From Haliotis rufescens (Eukaryota), in NCBI RefSeq assembly GCF_023055435.1, contig NW_025963791.1:29326001-29390000 (forward strand): a stretch of DNA of 64,000 bases, written 5' to 3'. The notes below the pieces were generated by a model. That model was not told the origin of the DNA. It did no database searches and worked only from the letters and a program-made list of their open reading frames with translations. Shown piece by piece: positions 1-12,831 of the stretch. How positions within the stretch are numbered: the first letter of the stretch is position 1; each line of letters begins with the position of its first letter. The translations under genes were made by a program, and so were the position numbers.

Positions 1-790
1 TCCCCATGAGCACCAATTGTGTTCCACTTCTTGCGGATCTGTTCCTTTATGCATATGAATCGGAATTTCTGCTCGAATTGGAATAGTCAACACAAGGTAA
101 TTTGGCCAAGTTAAGCTTCAGGTATAGCGATGATCTGATGTCGTTCTTTAACATTTAAATAATGGAAGCCCTTCCACTGATGTACCCACCTGAATTAGAC
201 ATAGAGGACACCATGAGACCGCTCATCTGTTTCATGTTTAGATCTATACATAAAGATTGAGAGAGACAAAACATTCTCAAGAAGACTGTATGGCAAGAGT
301 AATGACTTCAACTTTCCAATAGTTAACCTCCCCTTCATGTTGAGCAATATTCCTGCAGCTCCAGCCTTTGTGTTCACATTTCACAACGTTGGAGATGCTT
401 TTTCTACCAAGATTTCACAGAGCGTCATACGACTCTTGCTCAGAAATTGTTTGATCAAGGTTACAACATTCAAGGCCTCAGTAAACCTTTCAAAAGGTTT
501 AGTGGTAGACACGTGGAAGACAGTTCCAAATTTCACCATTCAGTGACAAAAATGATATCCAATCCAAAAACCTATTTTGACTTATGCCACATGTTCCCGT
601 ATTTTTTTTCAGGTAAACTTGCCTTTGCATGTGTTTGTAATGGGAGCCACCGGTAAGGCAGGATACGCTCACCTTTTCGCGAACACCTGGTATCATCACT
701 CTTTGATAATAATTTATAAACACATGCTCATGATATAGTCGGAATCGCACAACCAACTCTATTTATGCAGAGATTTCTATTGGATATGGA
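1..790 (+). mobile_element. Penelope-like retroelement relic (Naiad-like), RT C-terminal part plus 3' UTR, truncated by window edge
   Basis: Manual translation gives PMSTNCVPLLADLFLYAYE, FRYSDDL (YIDD motif decayed), YPPELDI and DFNFPIVNLPFMLSNIPAAPA, with stops and frameshifts. No GIY-YIG follows the RT. The 3' motif CGAACACCTGGTATCATCAC is shared with other copies. Confidence 0.85.
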
Positions 791-3442
791 AAAGGTTTCG
801 TCGCTTTATTTGCATGTTTAGAAACAAACTGAGAATTTGAGGCACGTAATATTTATATATTTCTCTTTCATGAAGCTTCTCCAAGTTAACACAAGTCTAT
901 GTCTGAAATCGTGCAAAATAATCCCATTCTATTCTCGTTACAATAACGATTTCCTTATCTACCAGAGTCCGATAAAAATCTGGCAATTAAAGCCATGGGA
1001 TTCAGATCTATATATGCCTCTCTTAAAAGAGAACTAGCTTTGCAAAGTACGTAACACAATTTACCCCACGTTGTCATCTTAACTCAACATCACAGTAATC
1101 CGTCAAGTCCCTGGTATCTTAACTGTCAAAGAGCATTAAGGGTATTGTAAGATATCAAAGGGGTATTAAGTACGCTTCACCTACATGTATATTGTGTAAT
1201 CCATATTTTGATACTCTGAAAATTGTGACACGACGCAAATCGTTTGGATTTCTGGTGTCTGGTGGAACAATCCCGTAAATGTCTAGTGTACATTAACAGC
1301 ACTGAACATGAAGTAAAGAAACACAATGTCAGGTGTTTGTTTATGCTACTAATGTCTGTATAATGAGCAAATGAACTGTTTAAATATGAAACCAAATTCC
1401 ATGCATGAAATTGCAAAATTGATGTTTGAGATATTTGCTCATTTTCAAACTTGAGACAGGAGATTGATTTATTTGCAACTTTCTATAAGGTCAGTATTTA
1501 TTTTTGTAGATATCGTCCTAGTTTTAAATGAAATATCCACCCGGATGACTCTAATTCTAGAAACGAGTATTTTTATAAAATATGTTCAATCTGGGACTTT
1601 TTACTCAGTATTTGTTTTAGTGCTGATGATTTTATGAGGGAATGTAAATAATTAATGACATTAATGTTTGCTTGTTTTTAACATGCGGCTGCCAAGCGTC
1701 TTTATCATAGAGAAATAAAACATCATACATTATATAATATAGTATTTAGGGTAGAAAGTCACTATATGTACAACTTGATAAAATAAAACCATAAAATGAA
1801 CAATATATTATATTCACAAGAAATCAGATTTCAAGTCTACCTAGCTATGTCTATGAATTACTACTATCTTTGGTGAGTCTTTCTTGTTCTGCGTCCAAGA
1901 ATAATCTTAGCATCACAACCAGTCCCGTCGAACATGATTCCCAACAGTCGATATTTTAAACGAAGTGTTTTACTTTCTTTACTTTGCCTGTGTGGGATGA
2001 AAACTGTGCCAATTACAAACGTGTCTTCTCACCAATAACCCTGATAGAATGTTTAATACAATGACCCATAAGCCTGGAACTTGCATATAATCCTCCCGCT
2101 ATTAACTCACGTGATCAGTGCCATTTCCTAGCACACTTTATATCCCATTATAACACCTTTTCGCGTCAGCTGAGTAAAGTAGATTTCTATCTGCAAGAAA
2201 CTGCAGTTATGACAAGAAATATAAACGTCAATTTTCGTTTACTTTCCAGCGTCAAAAGGCTTCAAAGGGAGCGTCAGACCTTTCCTAAGGTCTTTAGGTT
2301 CACACGTTACTGTACCCAATAAACAACTATAAAGACAGGGTGATAACGTTTGTTTGATGGATGGGAAATGGTGCCATGTTTGCGAGACAGGGGTTTATTA
2401 GCACACCAATGAAGAATAGCGTGAGGCCATGCAATACTTAGTTGGCCCGACGTCGGGTTGATGTCCATTACTGGATGGGCTTGGGCAAACGTTAAACACA
2501 CCGAACTTAAAGACGAGACACTTTGATTTCAAGTACTGCAAGAACGTGATTACTTGCAGGGTCACATGTATCCACATTTAATACTCTCAGACACATCTAT
2601 AAAGTATTGTTACTTTTAATACAGCGAACTTCATCAAACGTGAAACGTCTTTATAAATTTAAATAATATTGATTCCTTTAAAGAACAATGGCGGCAAATA
2701 TTGTAAATGTAATTTGGGAAATCTTGTGCACTCTAGTGTCATAAATTTAGAGTAGACTAATTAAATATCATTCAACATTTCTAGATTCTTGTGCATCAGT
2801 CCCCCGTTGATATACATTCTCTGAAGACAAATTATCAAATATCAAATAAAAACAGGCATAATTTTGGGCACTATATATTCGTACGTCAGAGCCTGTTCAA
2901 TTTATACAAATGCAGCAACCAATCGACTGATCGTGATGTTTATGGTCAATGATGCTAAAAGTATTATTGTACCCCATCATAGGAAATAGTCATAAAAACT
3001 GAATACAGACTGAGTGCACAACAATGTAAATAAAATGATATACCTTTATATGACTTAAAAGCTCACGTACACGCTGTGTCATTTCAGACATGTCAGCCCT
3101 CGTTCCAATGCCAAACAGAAGATCAAACATACCACTTCTGGCGTGGTTTGCACAGTATATTCAGTTAAATCGTGACATGAAATCGCGTAAGCCCTAAATA
3201 CGTGTTGTTTTACATCCAAACCTGACTAACCTCACCACAATAGAAACGCGTTCACCGAAGAGTAGGTGACTGTTTTCAAGTACGTATTTTCGTCTGGCTT
3301 CTCTGCCATAAGTGTTTGTTATTTAGTCGATTGTGCAGAGGTACCGGTAATGTTTTTATCTTTGTCAACGTAAGAAGGTTATCTTCAGGAAGCAGGAAGG
3401 ATGCAATGTGGGTCTGTAATTTGCAAATAATATTTTCTTTCA

Positions 3443-3720
3443 GGGGGCACAAGTGGCCCAGTCGTCTAAGGCGCCGTTTTTCGCTGTGCAGAGTTGCGTC
3501 CCTTGGGGACGCCAGAAACCTATGATCGTGGGTTCGAATCCCGTTCGCCCCAATTATGTTTCTAGGTTTATCAGCACCATACCCGCGCTCGTGGGTTTCA
3601 CCGAAGTGGTAAACGTCTGAGACCTGCATCACTTCGGGCTTTCCTTCAACACTAAGCTGACACGCCGCGATATAACTGGAATACTGTTAAAAGCGGCGTT
3701 AAACCCAACTCACTCACTCA
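3443..3720 (+). mobile_element. SINE family A (tRNA-Leu-like head, V-SINE-like body, ACTC-repeat tail)
   Basis: A box TGGCCCAGTCG followed by TCTAAGGCGC, B box GGTTCGAATCC, tail GCGGCGTTAAACCCAACTCACTCACTCA. Near-identical copies at 22507, 30806, 36615 and 57145. Confidence 0.9.
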
Positions 3721-3867
3721 GTATTCTTTCACATCCACAGTAGATTATCATATACTGATGTTTTAGTTATTTGGCTTCAGGTCTACATGGATGACTTTGC
3801 ATATTTGCAATTACTTTCACATGTATAATCACGGAAGTTAAATACGCATCATTGTGTACATATCGAA

Positions 3868-4107
3868 ATATCCGGGTTAGAATTGGTCTTCAGCAACAAA
3901 TACTTGTCGTGAGAGGCGAGGCGTCTAAGGGGATCGGGTGGTTAGGCTTGTTGACTTGGTTGGTGCATGTCATCATATCTCAATTGCGCGGATCGATGCT
4001 CATGATGTCAATCACTGGATTGTCTGGTCAAGATTTAATCCGTTACAGACCCCTGTCATACAGCCGGCATATTACTGAAAGCGGCGTTAAACAAACAAAC
4101 AAACAAT
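3868..4107 (+). mobile_element. Short retroposon family C (no tRNA head; AAAC-repeat tail)
   Basis: ATCCGGGTTAGAATTGGTCTTCAGCAAC...CTTGTCGTGAGAGGCG...GCGGCGTTAAACAAACAAAC. Matches the copies at 8717, 42597 and 53536. Confidence 0.85.
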
Positions 4108-5421
4108 GAACAACAATCACACATCGAAGTATAGCAAATTGTTACGCGATCTTTTCAGCAAACATACGTCATCAAGTTAACCACAAGAGGCAGCCAAAAT
4201 ATAAACACCGTGAGTATAAAAGGACAGATCTGAAGCGCCCATAAAACGTATACTAATCTTCCAAAACCGTCGCGTTTTGTCACACACATGCACAAACACA
4301 GAATATGATTCAGTCTCATTTTGATACAGGACAAGATAATTTGTGACATGCGTGTATTTCGAAAATAAATAAATTAATATGTTACTTTAAAATACTAAGT
4401 TATCTTCAGTACCGATCGATACATTCTACACAAATGTCATTTCAGACAGTAGTATTTAAATCAATAAGTGAATACATGTTATTTTGAGTACCGTTACCTA
4501 AAGTAAAGTCAAACATGGATTTACACTGTTAGTGCTGTCTTCCAAGTCGTTCGTCGGCGTTGCGCGGGATGTATCCCATACAAACGGTCTCAAATTGATG
4601 CTTAGTGGAAGGTTTAATGCGAAGGATCGATTCTTGTGGGAATATGAACCTCTGATATTTTCGTCCACAATAAATAAAATTTTGATTTCAAACTCGGTCC
4701 CTCCTGACCGTATTTGCATGAAGTTGTTGAAAGAAAGAGGGTTCCCCTGGCTGGTCTCTTGGTTTATATCAAAGGATCAATACCCAAGAAATAACCACTG
4801 TGGCCATGCTCCTAGATCTAAACAGTAGTGACATGTGGCAAATACAGTTATAATGTCAAGATGTATTTTTCCTCACAAAGGTGCTCCCTTTACTTTTAGA
4901 AATCCATTCCTTGTAAGAATAGCCTCACGATTATGATAGGCAGCGTTCATAGTTATCATTTAAACTGCCGAGCAAAAGAAAGTATACACTTTGCATTTGA
5001 ATTTGACCAAAACATTACAAACGTTATCAAAATGTTAGTAGGCTGAATGTCTGGTATGTGAACCAACTCACCCTGATCATGACCAAACCTGCTTAACTCT
5101 GCTAATTATATCACCATCGAGGGACATTTCTTGTTTGATTCATCAGCCACCATGACATATGAGGTATACTTTCCTTTGCCCGGCAGTTGATATAAGTGTA
5201 GTGATGATCGTCAGAATTCAGTAGGAGTTTCTGTCGTTAAGTGTAACTGATATATGACAGGATAATAGGATAATGACAGGATGATGACAGTGTAACAATT
5301 GCTCAAGTATAGCTTAATGACAGCTTAATGATCACGTCCACACACGAGGAACACAGCAAGAAAACGTTTCAGTGAATCCTGTTTTACTCCGCAGCAACTC
5401 TTACAATGTGATGTCGGCTTA

Positions 5422-5560
5422 GGGGCCGGTGGGGTAGCTTTGTGGTTAAAGCGTTCGCTCGCCCGGGGAGGATCCGGGTTTCATTCCTCACATTGGTACA
5501 ATGTGTGAAGCCCTTTTCATGTGTCGTCCATGGTGAAGCGGCGTAAAACAGTACTCACGG
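5422..5560 (+). mobile_element. SINE family B (tRNA-Asp-like head), diverged copy
   Basis: GGGGCCGGTGGGGTAGCTTTGTGGTTAAAGCGTTCGCTCG...GCGGCGTAAAAC is the reverse complement of the 7931 family. Confidence 0.8.
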
Positions 5561-5627
5561 ATTCACTGCAAATACGTACATGCCAGATAAACCAGTTACT
5601 GACAACATGCGTATGCTGTTAGAGTAC

Positions 5628-5697
5628 GAGGTGAGGTGAGGTGAAATTGGGTTTAAGGTCGCGTCTAAGATTAATGCACTTATGTAGCGACGTGCAT

Positions 5698-5760
<63 letters not shown>

Positions 5761-6012
5761 TGCTTGGACTAGTCCGGACTAGTCCGATTTATAGTGCTAG
5801 CTGTTTAACAGTTTAACATGAATACCTGCTTAGGCACAGTTTCCTGACTCCGAGCCGACCAGTCCTTGTTTTAGCCCCTTAATGCCGAGCGCCAGACAAG
5901 GTTACAACAAGTACCATCTTACAACGTCTTTTGGTATGACGCGGCCGGGGATCGAACCCCGGACATTCCGCTCTCCGGGAGGACGCTCTACCACTAGACC
6001 ACGGAGGCGGTC
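5628..6012 (-). mobile_element. SINE family D (tRNA head plus Meta-like central domain) with internal (CA)n
   Basis: The minus strand reads GTGGTCTAGTGG (A box), GGTTCGATCCC (B box), GCGTCATACCAAAAGACGTTGTAAGATGGTACTTGTTG (Meta-domain-like), then tail GCGACCTTAAACCCAATTTCACCTCACCTC. Confidence 0.85.
5702..5759. repeat. (GT)n microsatellite inside SINE D
   Basis: Perfect GT run seen directly. Confidence 0.97.
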
Positions 6013-7930
6013 TCTTGAAGAAGGCATTGCATGTATCATCACATTATATTTGCAATGTACCTACATACATGTACGTCCATACTCCCCATTCCATGGGGGA
6101 TCCGGGTTTGTAACGTAAAGTACATGGATACTGAAATGTATCGGGTAGTTAAGCTTGGTTAAGCTTGGTGCCTTGATTGCTTGTATATCATCGTGCCCTT
6201 ACGGCGTGGGTCGTTGCTCACGATATCAACCACTGGTTTGAGCTAAGACTCCATTATTTGCAGGCCGATGCCATATAGCTGTACTAATTTTGGAAAAGTT
6301 GTTAAATAACATTCTACCATTTTTTTGGAAAATAGTCCATTTTGATTGGTGAAATAGATGTTACGAATCACGATAACGACCTCAGATATAACAGCTGTTT
6401 TGACGCCATCATCACTGCGGAAGCTAATATTTACAGACAAGTACTTCTTTCTCAATTATTGTCAATAAGCATTGTGAAATAGGATATTACAGTTATAGCT
6501 TACACAATGGATTGGTAACTGCAATGTGTATATTAAGTTTTAGTGACGATACATTGAAGGCAAAACACAACAGGATCTTGAAACAGAGAGCTTGAAATTT
6601 GGCGCGTTTCTATATCCGACTGCGACCGTAAATATTTTGCGTCATAATGAGTGGTGTGACGTCAGAATAGTGAAGCGAGGAGTAGCGCGAAACCGTGCAG
6701 AGGTTGTTTAGTTTCGTCCAGGGGCGTCCACTTCATGTCGGCTTACATGCTTGACATAGGTTCGCCAGGCAGGGTAACATCAAGTTCCATCTTTTAACGT
6801 TTTTTTGGTTGGACGCGGCCTTCCACTCTCAGGGCGAGCGTCTACCCGTGGACCAGGGGGGGGGGGGGGGCGGAGGTGGGAGAGGCGGGTTGCCATATAA
6901 CGGCGATATACATCCTGTATTCAGTTCCAATTTCAAGTTTGCACGATTAATTCTACGAATAGTTTAGCTCTACATTGAAAAGAGAGAACAGGTATGCTCA
7001 TCTCCGAGTTCACCACCCTTATGCTTTCACATGTTTATCCATGTTGTTGCAAGTCATTATGCATCATCAATTAAAGTGTCTATTTATTGGAGGCTCGTGC
7101 ACGCAATGAGTGACTATATTATTAACAGATAGTGCTGGTTTAGATATATGTAGGTTAGACAATCAGTATTGCTCCAAAAGGACACATGCATACAGTCCCC
7201 TACTTTCGACACTCATGACAAAGCCAAATCCATTCAGCGTTAACTGATATATATGAAGTGACAACGATAAGCATGGCATCTTATCTAGGCTTTTCTGTTG
7301 ACAAGCGCATCATCAGAACTTTTCTCAAACATGATATATAGAGACGATGTACATGTCATTGGCCGACATCAGTCATATCCTTTTTATATGTTTTCTGTGT
7401 TCTGTTCTTACTGATGGACAGTTCGATTTGTGAATTACTCTGGTTCAGCCAAATGGTCAATGTCGCAGGCAGCACGTGTCTGCCAATGGTATTAGTTATG
7501 AAGTACGCCACTTTGTGAGAGACAAATCATGGTGTTTCAGCCAGACAAATGACAGCACATATGTCAATGTCTATTTCCGTTTGACATTTACACTTTCACA
7601 GTTCCTGATTAGAATTCTGACGTATGTCTCGTGTGTATTGAATATTCATAATGTAGGTATATGGATTAAACAAGACCAGCAGTAAGCGATACCTCCACGC
7701 ATAGATTTGAATACGATGTTTGACTGTTAGAAATTATATGACATCTATCTCGATCTGCTGCAAAACAAATCGATGGTAGGGAGAGTACAAGTAGGTAAAG
7801 TTTCGCTACTTGTTTTTTCCGTTTTAATGATGCTCAAAAGAAAATAAACGTTGAGTTTTGACATTTATTTCGCGTAAACAACCCCTCTTGGGATATATGT
7901 GTACCATATTGTGTGCACTTACAGATCGGA

Positions 7931-8096
7931 GTGAGTGAGTGAGTATGGTTTTTCGCCGCTTTTAGCAATATTCCAGCAATATCACGGCGGGGGACACCAG
8001 AAATGGGCTTCACACATTGTACCCATGTCGGGAATCGAACCCGGGTCCTCGGCGTGACGAGCGAACGCTTTAACCACTAGGCTACCCGACCGCCCC
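7931..8096 (-). mobile_element. SINE family B (tRNA-Asp-like head, ~165 bp), full length with TSD
   Basis: Minus strand TAGCCTAGTGG...CTCGTCACGCCGAGGACCCGGGTTCGATTCCCGAC, flanked by the direct repeat TACAGATCGGAG. Confidence 0.92.
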
Positions 8097-8716
8097 TACA
8101 GATCGGAGAACCAGTGTAATGCAATGTATGTCACATTAGATAAGTAGTGAGATGTCTGTGTCAGAAGCTTGGGGAATACTGTGTTCACAACAGTGTACCC
8201 AACTTACAATTAATAGTTTGTGGAATCAGCAGCATTCAGCGTTGGCAAAGCTGGGCTGCAATATTGAGAAATAAACGAGAAAAGAACGTAGACACATGAT
8301 GCAATATTTAACATGGCTTCATCCCCATACAACCAGTCTTGTGTCCGGATTCATTTCTGAAAATCTGTTTCACCAGAGGGGAAACAAAACCGGGTTACTC
8401 ATTATCGTTTTTCCTCTGGAATTAATCCCACATCTTCCATTTAGAGTTGTGGGTTTAGGTTTATTTACTGCTGTAACATTGATTCGAACGCATCTGAAAC
8501 TTTAAATGTCCATGCTTGAAGAAAATCACATGTGTCATGATCAGTAGTCTTTAAAATGAAATGCGATCACGTTCATACCTTGGAATCTAATGGTGATCTA
8601 TCTTGAAGTGCGTCTATGATCAGCATTTCTTACAAGGGATTGTTTCATTGTTGCATAGAAGGTGATGATATGAGAGCTACTGTGAGTGTTTCGCTGTTTT
8701 CATTCATGCATTACGT

Positions 8717-8982
8717 TTTTGTTTGTTTGATGTTGTTTAACGCCGCACTAAGCAATATGCCAGCTATATGACGGCGGTCTGTAAATAATCGAGTATGGAC
8801 CAGACATTCCAGTGATTGACATCATGAGCATCGATCAATAATTGGGATACGATGGCATGCATCAACCAAGTCAGCGAGCCTGATAACCCGATCCTGTTAG
8901 TTGCCTCTTACGACAGGCATAGTCGCATTTTGCGGCAAGCATCAGTTGCTGAAGACCTATTCAACCCCGGATCGTCACTAGT
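8717..8982 (-). mobile_element. Short retroposon family C, full length
   Basis: Colinear with the 42597 and 53536 copies, including the tandem GCYTGYCGYAARAKGCRACTA motif. Confidence 0.88.
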
Positions 8983-9111
8983 CCATTTGTTACAAAGCTA
9001 GGTGTTATAAGCTGGACCTGAAAGCTCCTGTGGTACAGAGATGGTTTGTCCTGTCGTGAGGAAGTCAAGTAGCGTCAGATGTTTCTGGGAAGAATGATGC
9101 TTGATCTATGG

Positions 9112-9249
9112 GTGAGTGAGTGAGTATGGTTTTATGCTGCTTTTAACACTATTTCAGCAATATTGTACATTGTATCCGTGTCGGGAATCGAACCCGGGTC
9201 TTCGGCTTGACGAGCGAACGTTGTAACCACAAGGCTACCCGACCGCCCG
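9112..9249 (-). mobile_element. SINE family B, internally deleted copy
   Basis: GTGAGTGAGTATGGTTTTATGCTGC...GGAATCGAACCCGGGTC...GGCTACCCGACCGCCC. Confidence 0.85.
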
Positions 9250-9549
9250 TTTGATAAAAGAGGACACTTTGGAAATATGACACGTCTCTGAGGATCATAT
9301 TGATAGCGTCAGATGTTTTAAAGTATATCGACTATACGAGTACATGTTCAGGATTTTTATTACTCTGTGCATGAAGCAATGAATAAGAAAAGTAATTTAT
9401 TCTCTTTGTGATACCCTCTTTTTACATTCATAATATAAACTAATGAAAATATCAATGGGATCGCATGCCATTGGCTGGAGAATCAATAGTGAACGTGAAT
9501 ACTATAGAAACTGTTCTTAATTACTTTCTGACATAAATTCCCATGTGCT

Positions 9550-9790
9550 TCCCATTGGCGTCATTATCCGTTTCGTATGGGTGCCATTGCACGCCTACCG
9601 TGGGTGTCATTAACCTTTTCTATTGGTGTCATAACCCGTTTCGTATGGGTGTCCTTACCCTCTACTTCGAATGGCCTTACCCGACGCCGTCATAACCCGA
9701 TTAGGTTCCTGTTGGTGTACGAACGTGTTTCCTATTGGTGTCTGTAACCTTTCTCTGTTGGTGTCATTGCACGTTTGCTCTTGGTTTCCG
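9550..9790. repeat. Degenerate ~20-21 bp minisatellite (core T(T/G)GGTGTCATT)
   Basis: Recurring TTGGCGTCATT, TGGGTGCCATT, TGGGTGTCATT and TTGGTGTCATA at roughly 20 bp spacing. Confidence 0.7.
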
Positions 9791-12202
9791 CAAAGACTTC
9801 CATTTCGCTCAACCCTGTGTACAATACTAGCAATCTTGAAACAAATTCATATGCAGCTTGTGGGTGAATCCGTTGAACTGCGTTGTCAACTACAATGTCT
9901 TACAACGTAATAAACATGGTCTGCACAGTGTTGAGATGTATAACTGAGTATCGCACTCTCCCCAATGTGGACGCCCGTTGCGCACTCGGCGGTAGGCGGT
10001 GGTATCGTTCGTATTGAAGTTGCACGACTCGTCCACAAGAATAAATACTAAAACAACATTCTGAACTGGAGAAAGATTTGTCTTACGACGAATTCATCAA
10101 TATATCACGGAGATAAACAGTTAAGATACCCCCTGATCTACACCATATAAGTGATGAACTTTGCGAACCTTTACTGGGGGGATATATTCCGCACTGCAGC
10201 ACTAAATGCTTAAAAAATCTAAAGGAATAATTGCATTTTTACAGATTTTTTTTATCTACAAAACATTCCGGTTCCTTATAATATCCGTTAACCGCATATT
10301 GAAACGCTTATTATGACATCAAAACTAACCCTTGATATCAAAAGTTGGCATATCTATTAACCAAAATTTATTAGACTGGCTTGGTAGGATTCGGATTTCT
10401 TTCATCAGAGATGAAGTCAAATCCCGGAAATTAGATAGGATTTTGTAAACGACTTCAATCCGCCCTGGTGCATCAAATGGCAAATATTGGTAGGGTATGT
10501 AGTGGCACTAATACAATTGTGAAGCTGAGATCCAAGTGCCAAATGGACTCTTATTCCCAAAGATCCAAGGCTACATAAACCCATAGAGCAATAAAAACCA
10601 TTATAAAGGCTATGGGAATGGTCATTTTGAGCGAGCCGCCTACATTGAGACGACAAAGCGGTCTTCTCTACGGTTTCACCCATGACATAATTTCTTTTCT
10701 TCAAATTAATTGTTGGATACGTTTTAGAGACTTGCAGTACTTTAGTCACCCGATGAAGCCTTCCTTGATCCCAGCTTGCAATCTTTGATGTCGTCGTGTA
10801 AAGTTGAAGATGCTGACGGTGGATAGTCTTCTAGAGCCTCCTGTCAACTCCGATTTAATGTTGGACAGTCAGACCCCAGCACTGTGTCTATCGATTCACA
10901 GGAACATAGAAATGAGTAGCCTTTGGGAATCTTCCTTCAACAATTTGGCTGTAATGTCACTGAAGGCAGAGCGCAAACATATTATTAAGGATACTTTTGA
11001 CTGCTAAATGTGCTGCAATTCAGCAGCATACTTCACATGGCTGTTAACGGTGGCCTATTCAACGCTTATCGATGGCTTTGAATCAGTGGCTGGGGGAAAC
11101 ATGTTTAAATTGAGGCTTTGCTTGATGATGAAATCCCTACGCACGTGCTACGAATATTCAAAGTAGAAGGGGAAGATACAAGCAAACACGGGACATGAAG
11201 ACACACATGTAATTTCCGATGTTTTAAAGTAACCATGTAAAAAGATAAATTCTGCTCTGGGGAATCGAGAGGCCGTTTGTATTTTGTGCGTAATAGATGT
11301 GATTATATGTACCCATGTGGCCTCAAATTAAGCAAATGAAACTTAATTTTACAGAAAAGTCCCATGCAATTATTGTCATTATTGACGTGTGATTTCTCCC
11401 GAAGAAGTATGTCAGTTATATGTACGCTTCTCATTTGATTAGAAAAACATAATCGATATATTTGCAGTTGTAAGTGATTGTGAATCGACTTTTGTTTCTG
11501 TCTGACTTCTGTCACTAGTACCCCTGTTACAATAATCTGTTCAAACTGGCGTTAAACCATGCCCACTTACTCATCGTGTATGGTTTTAGGCATGCTAAAA
11601 AGACGTTGCATTTAGTGAAAGGCGTAAATACTGTTAGGAAGAAAACAGCAACCTAAAAGACTAAAACGTTATTGCGAATATGTGAGCCAATCTCAAACTA
11701 GAATGTACGTGTGAAAACGGTAAATGAAAAGTCAGGTTTTTACAAATATATTCAACATCGTTCGGAAGAAGCAATAGGTGCAATGTTGCGATAGCTTCTC
11801 CTTCCCCAAAAAAGGCTCGATTAGATTAACTGATACCAGAAATGATGTATGGGTGGAGACACGGCTCACTCAGTAATCAATCGACGACTGACCTTTCACA
11901 GTAAACGCGCCAGGAGGCGATGTTTGTATATTGCAAACTGACTAATTGTCCAATGTCGGAATGTCATTTAGAGTATCGAACGCTCTTTGAAGAGATGACA
12001 GGGGCACACATAAGATCATTATGTTGGAATGTACAAAGTGACAAGACTTATACAAGGTCAGATCCTTGATCCAAATCTATGATTTCATAGAAATTTATTT
12101 CTACCATCGAAAATGCAAAACTCGAATTAAAACATCAAGTAGCCTAGCTCACTTACAAAGCACGTCTTGCACGATTTGTGCCCCGACATACGTATGAAAC
12201 AA

Positions 12203-12203
<1 letters not shown>

Positions 12204-12237
<34 letters not shown>

Positions 12238-12246
12238 CATACATAC
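12204..12246. repeat. (GCAC)n microsatellite followed by (ACAT)n
   Basis: Seen directly. Confidence 0.95.
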
Positions 12247-12831
12247 ATCATATAACGTTACATATTTTGCCATAGGCCTAGGATAGCTCTTGTAATGCTA
12301 GTCTGAGAAGGGACACAAAGGATAGAGTGTTCAGGCTCGGTAGTCTATAGCTGATTGTGTGTTATCGTACCCTGACGGCGTCATCACTTTCATCAATGAA
12401 TATCATAATTTTCTGGTTCATACTGGATTAATCACAGAAATAAATGGGATAATGTTGTGTACGACGTGAAACAACAAAAAATGTGTTCTTTGAAATCTAG
12501 CATCAAATTGACACAAATGCACATTCGGTGGAACTACATGCTACAGACAAATTACAAGTAGCCCTGCATGCACTACATGCTCTACTTAATTTATAACTAT
12601 TGCAGTTGCAGTTTTATCACACATGTCAATGCATTGCTGTGCCTCCATCCCGGTAAAATTAATTTCTTCAGAGTCCATAATTTGTCCATAAGATTTTTTG
12701 TGCCGTACAAATATGGTTTTGTGAGGTTTCCTATGTTTTATTGTCAGCAAAATAGCGCAGCTGGACCTGCACATGTGCATGTACAAAGTTATCAATAGAG
12801 TCACACGACATAGACAGACTGACACAGTTGC

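Noticed and set aside
3443-3552. tRNA-like heads of families A, B and D as real tRNA genes
   Set aside because: Cloverleaves are imperfect, and each head is fused to a SINE body and tail, often with TSDs.
1860-4830. Possible minus-strand exons at ~1865-2045, 2310-2535 and 4500-4720
   Set aside because: Splice-like signals exist, but every frame hits stops and no consistent protein can be assembled. INPTSGQLS is too short to call cadherin.
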